From NCBI GenBank assembly GCA_964503085.1, contig CAZCYQ010000014.1, forward strand, positions 211 through 64,210: DNA of 64,000 nt, written 5' to 3'. Each line of letters opens with the position of its first letter. Position 1 is the stretch's first letter. This DNA is from an uncultured Rhodothermaceae bacterium. GTDB taxonomy: Bacteria; Bacteroidota; Rhodothermia; Rhodothermales; Bin80. The position numbers and the translations under genes were made by a program. Below are positions 60,308 through 64,000 of this stretch, in pieces. The notes under the pieces are model-generated. The model was not told where the DNA came from and searched no databases. It was given only the letters and a program-made list of their open reading frames with translations.

Positions 60308-60350
60308 TGGAAGTGGATCCGACATTCTGTGCATTTGTCGTTCATTCAAT

Positions 60351-61052
60351 ATGATTCTTCTTGTTGATTACGACAATCTTCCGAGGTCATTAAGAAGGGG
60401 GAATTTACGTCAGGTTATTGAAATACTGTTGGCAAAATTGGACCCCTCAACTGCAGACTCTATCAATAGGATCTCTTGTCGACTATATGGAGGTTGGATG
60501 CAAAACAAAACATTATCACGGGAGGCTCAGCGACTTTCACGACAAATCGATCGATACTTTCCGTTGGCTTTCGCACTGTCTGACCGTGCCAATGTAGTCG
60601 TAGAAGTTGGATTGGCAAGAGCACTTGCGTGTGATCCGCAACATGTCTTCACTCACACAGTCAGAACACGGCCAGAATCAGCGTTTAAGGTTAAACGGTT
60701 CCCCCTTAAAGAATGCGTGGCACCGTTTAGTTGTAGAATTATGGATGTAAATTCGTTCGTATACAACAAAATCTGCCCTAACACGAATTGCAATGTATCG
60801 CCAGAAATAGCATTTTTCCGAAGAGAGCAGAAACTAGTTGATTCAATGATGGTTGTTGACTTAGTGCACTATGCAATTCATCAAGAAAAACACCTAGTGG
60901 TAGTGTCTGGAGATGATGATATGTGGCCAGGCATCCGGTACGCATTGTTACAAAATGCCATGGTTACCCACCTAATTCCAAAACCTCTTGGCCGGCGAAG
61001 AAGTCCGTACAAACGACTATCTGCCAAGAATTACACCCTCGTAGCATTGTAA
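60351..61052 (+). CDS. NYN/PIN-like (LabA/limkain-type) putative nuclease with Cys4 insert
   Basis: Beta1 acidic motif 'LLVDYDNL' (aa 3-10), 'QKLVDSMMVVDL' (aa 160-171), 'VVVSGDDDMWPGI' (aa 183-195): the three acidic blocks of the NYN fold. Insert carries 'C..PFSC...(11)...C.NTNC'. 233 aa. Confidence 0.6.
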   Translation: MILLVDYDNLPRSLRRGNLRQVIEILLAKLDPSTADSINRISCRLYGGWMQNKTLSREAQRLSRQIDRYFPLAFALSDRANVVVEVGLARALACDPQHVFTHTVRTRPESAFKVKRFPLKECVAPFSCRIMDVNSFVYNKICPNTNCNVSPEIAFFRREQKLVDSMMVVDLVHYAIHQEKHLVVVSGDDDMWPGIRYALLQNAMVTHLIPKPLGRRRSPYKRLSAKNYTLVAL

Positions 61053-61068
61053 TTGTAGTCCCCTACCG

Positions 61069-63336
61069 ATGCAACTCGAAAACTTTAAACGTATCGTCAC
61101 CACATTCGCAGATGAGGACAGTGATCTAGCTGTAGATGGAGATGGAACTCTCCTACTTGGGATTCGAGGAATAGAGGTTGTAGCACAGATTAAGCGAGAC
61201 CCCCATGGAGTTAGAGTTAAACACGAGGGGGTTGAATGGGCTGCAGAAAAGTGGATATTTTCCTACCTCGCTAAACTTGACCGGCTTGCAGATCGAATCA
61301 TTAGTTCTGTATCTCCTCCTCCGCACTACGTATCCCCGAGCGGTGAGATTCTGAATTCGGAAAATCAAACCGATGAGAAATGTATTGACTCAAGAAAAGA
61401 AATTCTGAATCGACTCGATCAACATCCGGTTAACACGACCTTAATATATTTCTTGACCTCTGACGCGGGAGAAGGAAAAACCTCGCTAATTGAAAAAATC
61501 TCCGTTGATCAAGCAAAAGCATTTAAGAACAAAGAAACTTCGACACTGATCCTCCCGGTGCCTTTAGGAGGGCGCCCATTTTTGCGTTTCGACGATGCCG
61601 TCATCGCATCGCTTTCGAACCGGTTTCGTTTCCCATTTCTGTACTACGACTCATTTCTTGAACTTGTCAAGATGGGGGCAATTATCCCTGCATTTGACGG
61701 CTACGAAGAGATGCTATCCCAATCCGAATCCGGTGAAGCTATTTCGGCAATTGGTGACTTGGTGGGCCAATTATCATCCAGCGGAACTTTGTTGGTCGCA
61801 GCCCGAAAAGCATATTTTGATTCTTCATTAAGTTCCCAATCAAAATTGCTGGACTCTGTTCGTGAGGAGCAAAATGTAGAAATTCGCCGGTTCGCCCTGA
61901 ATCGTTGGAGTCGTGAAGTATTTCTCAAATACGCAGAAAAACGAAATGTCTCCAAACCTGAAGAACTGTACGACAAGGTTGCGGGCAGATTAAAGAAAGC
62001 CGATCATCCAGTTCTAACCAGAGCGGTACTTGTTCGAAGACTTCTGGATGTGGCCGAAGAGGAAAATGACCTAGATCAGTTTTTACAGCGCTTAGGTCAA
62101 TCGCAGACTGATTATTTTTTTGATTTTGTTGAAGGAATTGTTGATCGAGAAGTTAATCTTAAATGGATTGACAGCTCAGGCACTAACAAATCGCCTCTGC
62201 TCACACGTGATGAGCATCACGAATTGCTCTCAGAATTAGCATTCGAAATGTGGCATATTGGAGTAGAAGCTCTTGGCCTTGATGACGTTAGATCCGTTGT
62301 ACAAATTTTTTGCGATGGAAAGAATAAGACCCCAACCGTTCTAAGACAGATAAATAGTCGCATCAATGACCATTCGCTCTTACGCCTTGATCATTCCGCC
62401 GGCTCTACTAAGCGTATCAGATTTGATCATGAAGATTTTCAGGCATTCTATCTGGGCCAGGCCTTGGCCCGTGCCTTGGGTTCCATGGATGACTTAAACG
62501 CAAGACTGATACTTGATGCTCGTCAATTATCCAAACCAGTGATTGAAGAAGTTGCCCGTTACCTGACGGCCTCGGAATCCTCCACGATCCCGTCTAACAA
62601 ACTACTTGATGATCTTCATCAACTATCAAGAGGGAAACAGCATGCATCCTACATCCGGGAGAACTGTGGTGCACTGATGTTAGAATTAGCAGAACGTCTA
62701 GAAGAAAGTCATTCGATCACTGGTGTGAGTTTCCCCGCAAATGCTTTGGATCAACGAGAACTGAAAAACCTAGACGTATCGGATTCCTTTTTCAATTCAA
62801 CTAGGCTTTCCAATTCCAAGATCACCAACTGCTCCTTTACGAACTGTCGCTTTATTGAACTAGCATTTGATGGTAGGCATAACTTGGATGGGACCGTGTT
62901 TGATGACTGCGACTTTGACTCCGTTTCTATTGGAAATGATTTGGATGATGAGCATCGAAAATTCTTTAATCCCGCCAAAGTAAAAGCTATACTCATCAGT
63001 CACGGATTCAAGTTAAAGTCGCAGCAGGAAATAATTTGTGAAAATTCAGATCCCACCACGATGGATAGGGATTTGCAGACAGCCTTGCGTTTTATTCGAA
63101 TGTTCACTCGATCAACTTCTGTACCAGAAAGTTTTGCTCGCATTCGAATAGGCACAGAATCTGGCCGCTTTTTTCAGGCGCTCCTACCCAGGCTTCAACA
63201 CGCAAGGTTGGTGGAGACCACGGGGAAGCTCAAGAATAGACTCCGCTTGAGGGTTCCGCTGTCTGAGATAGATAGACTTGTTGAGAACTCAGGAGGCTCG
63301 TTTGAACAATTTATTGCGGACACATCAATTCGGTGA
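61069..63336 (+). CDS. NACHT-type STAND NTPase with C-terminal pentapeptide-repeat domain
   Basis: Walker A 'SDAGEGKTS' (K137). Walker B-like 'IIPAFDGYEE'. 'LLVAARKAYF' (cf. NACHT 'hhhTSRP'). 'RFDHEDFQAFYLGQAL' (cf. NACHT winged-helix 'F.H.sfqEyLaA'). Pentapeptide run 'NLDVS DSFFN STRLS NSKIT NCSFT NCRFI ELAFD GRHNL DGTVF DDCDF DSVSI' (aa about 566-620). Starts 16 nt after the NYN gene. Confidence 0.65.
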   Translation: MQLENFKRIVTTFADEDSDLAVDGDGTLLLGIRGIEVVAQIKRDPHGVRVKHEGVEWAAEKWIFSYLAKLDRLADRIISSVSPPPHYVSPSGEILNSENQTDEKCIDSRKEILNRLDQHPVNTTLIYFLTSDAGEGKTSLIEKISVDQAKAFKNKETSTLILPVPLGGRPFLRFDDAVIASLSNRFRFPFLYYDSFLELVKMGAIIPAFDGYEEMLSQSESGEAISAIGDLVGQLSSSGTLLVAARKAYFDSSLSSQSKLLDSVREEQNVEIRRFALNRWSREVFLKYAEKRNVSKPEELYDKVAGRLKKADHPVLTRAVLVRRLLDVAEEENDLDQFLQRLGQSQTDYFFDFVEGIVDREVNLKWIDSSGTNKSPLLTRDEHHELLSELAFEMWHIGVEALGLDDVRSVVQIFCDGKNKTPTVLRQINSRINDHSLLRLDHSAGSTKRIRFDHEDFQAFYLGQALARALGSMDDLNARLILDARQLSKPVIEEVARYLTASESSTIPSNKLLDDLHQLSRGKQHASYIRENCGALMLELAERLEESHSITGVSFPANALDQRELKNLDVSDSFFNSTRLSNSKITNCSFTNCRFIELAFDGRHNLDGTVFDDCDFDSVSIGNDLDDEHRKFFNPAKVKAILISHGFKLKSQQEIICENSDPTTMDRDLQTALRFIRMFTRSTSVPESFARIRIGTESGRFFQALLPRLQHARLVETTGKLKNRLRLRVPLSEIDRLVENSGGSFEQFIADTSIR

Positions 63337-63347
63337 ATTGACGGTCT

Positions 63348-63360
63348 TCTTATAGACCGA
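63348..63360. repeat. Right copy of the imperfect direct repeat bracketing the NYN/NACHT cassette
   Basis: 'tcttatagaccga' starts 12 nt after the stop at 63336. It is embedded in a 6-bp hairpin cggtct-tcttat-agaccg (63342-63359). Confidence 0.35.
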
Positions 63361-63480
63361 GCCGTCTTCCATAATACTATGATGTAACCGACAGAATCAG
63401 TTCGGTGGTTAAGAACGTTATTTCAGTACGTGTTGCAGTGCAAGACCAGACTCATGTTTTGGGTATAACTGCAATAGTTC

Positions 63481-63989
63481 CTATACCGCCTTGCTTGCGC
63501 CAGTCCAATCGCCGCGGAGCAAATGGTTCCGGGCCGGCTGGACATGGAATCTAGGAACCTCTGGATCTAATATGGCCACTCGCTCAAGGTGCTCCCTTGC
63601 AAGTTCTGACTCACTCGTTTGAAATACAAGTTTCACGCACACCCTTCCAATGCTGCAATAAGTGCGAACTATAGGGCGCCTACCGTCGGGGTAGTCTATA
63701 CGCGGCTTTTGGTGGTAATCCATGTCTGTAAAGTGCTCCGGTATGCTTGATCCAAATCTTCAAGGCGGGTAAAAAAGCGTTTTTGGACTGCCAGACTTGT
63801 TTGGAAGCGTCCCTGGTATGGGCCCAAGTGTCTTATGGAGCAAAAGGACCGGTCTGCTAATCTCCTACCGGAGCTTCCACACGGTGGAGCCATGCCGTGT
63901 GTAAAGCATATCCAGGCTACCCGTATCCGCAAGCATCCACTGCAGCGTCCAATGGATTCTCCAAGGCCAGGGCGATTCCCCTTGATTTA
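63481..63989 (-). pseudogene. Possible degraded IS200/RAYT-like (Y1 transposase) remnants
   Basis: Two overlapping short ORFs in different frames. 'GPYQGRFQTSLAV' resembles the family block 'G.lfQGRFKS.lv'. 'PRIDYPDGRRPIVRTYCS' resembles 'DY...G.YFVT.CT'. 'RFHVQPARNHLLRGDWTGAS' resembles 'YIh.NPvrAglv...dWpwSS'. The HxH core was not found. Weak, by eye only. Confidence 0.25.
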
Positions 63990-64000
63990 GGTGGCGAATA

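Noticed and set aside
1-64000. Search by eye for CRISPR arrays, rRNA, intact integrases/transposases, retron-like RT or other periodic repeats
   Set aside because: None was found. The ORF-poor stretches (6627-7688, 21342-21710, 38960-40611, 63337-64000) show no regularly spaced repeats. A computational repeat or CRISPR scan would be needed for certainty.

Overview
This 64-kb window looks chromosomal and is densely coded: about 50 protein genes and 2 tRNAs. I saw no rRNA, CRISPR array, intact integrase or intact transposase. All calls come from reading motifs in the supplied ORF translations and the DNA by eye; no searches were run. The taxon is inference: a T9SS C-terminal sorting domain, a CcmF-type heme lyase and mid-range GC suggest a Bacteroidota/Rhodothermota/Balneolota-like bacterium. 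Core content, in order: (1) a sugar-acid catabolic cluster (MDR dehydrogenase, IlvD/Edd dehydratase, GntP permease, FAH hydrolase, two SDRs); (2) tRNA-Asn, tRNA-Leu, lepA, lepB; (3) an L,D-transpeptidase, an RCK K+ channel, xseB and xseA, an LMW-PTP; (4) rfbB, an APC permease, ggt; (5) two tandem paralogous heptaheme-cytochrome/TPR lipoproteins followed by a T9SS-sorted metzincin-like protein; (6) a TroABCD-like metal ABC transporter whose two permeases each carry a DtxR-like winged-helix tail; (7) a co-directional tolC-MFP-RND-mpl-ccmF string, with about 280 extra hydrophobic residues in the RND pump; (8) a nucleotide-sugar locus (manC, ugd, a second NDP-sugar dehydrogenase) that embeds an SLC13 permease and a Sat/CysC PAPS synthase. 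Three AT-richer accessory islets interrupt this. Islet (a), 6.6-10.3 kb, lies next to the tRNA-Asn 3' end and holds decayed gene relics, a TM/coiled-coil DUF4041-T5orf172 nuclease-like gene with a coupled 40-aa upstream ORF, and an orphan STAS protein. Islet (b), 39.0-41.9 kb, holds a multiply disrupted Fic pseudogene and an orphan AAA/STAND-like ATPase. Islet (c), 60.3-63.4 kb, is my top candidate for an undescribed system. It is a tightly linked two-gene cassette: a NYN/PIN-like nuclease with a Cys4 insert, plus a 755-aa NACHT-type NTPase with C-terminal pentapeptide repeats. It is markedly AT-rich, is bracketed by an imperfect direct repeat, and is followed by degraded Y1-transposase-like remnants.
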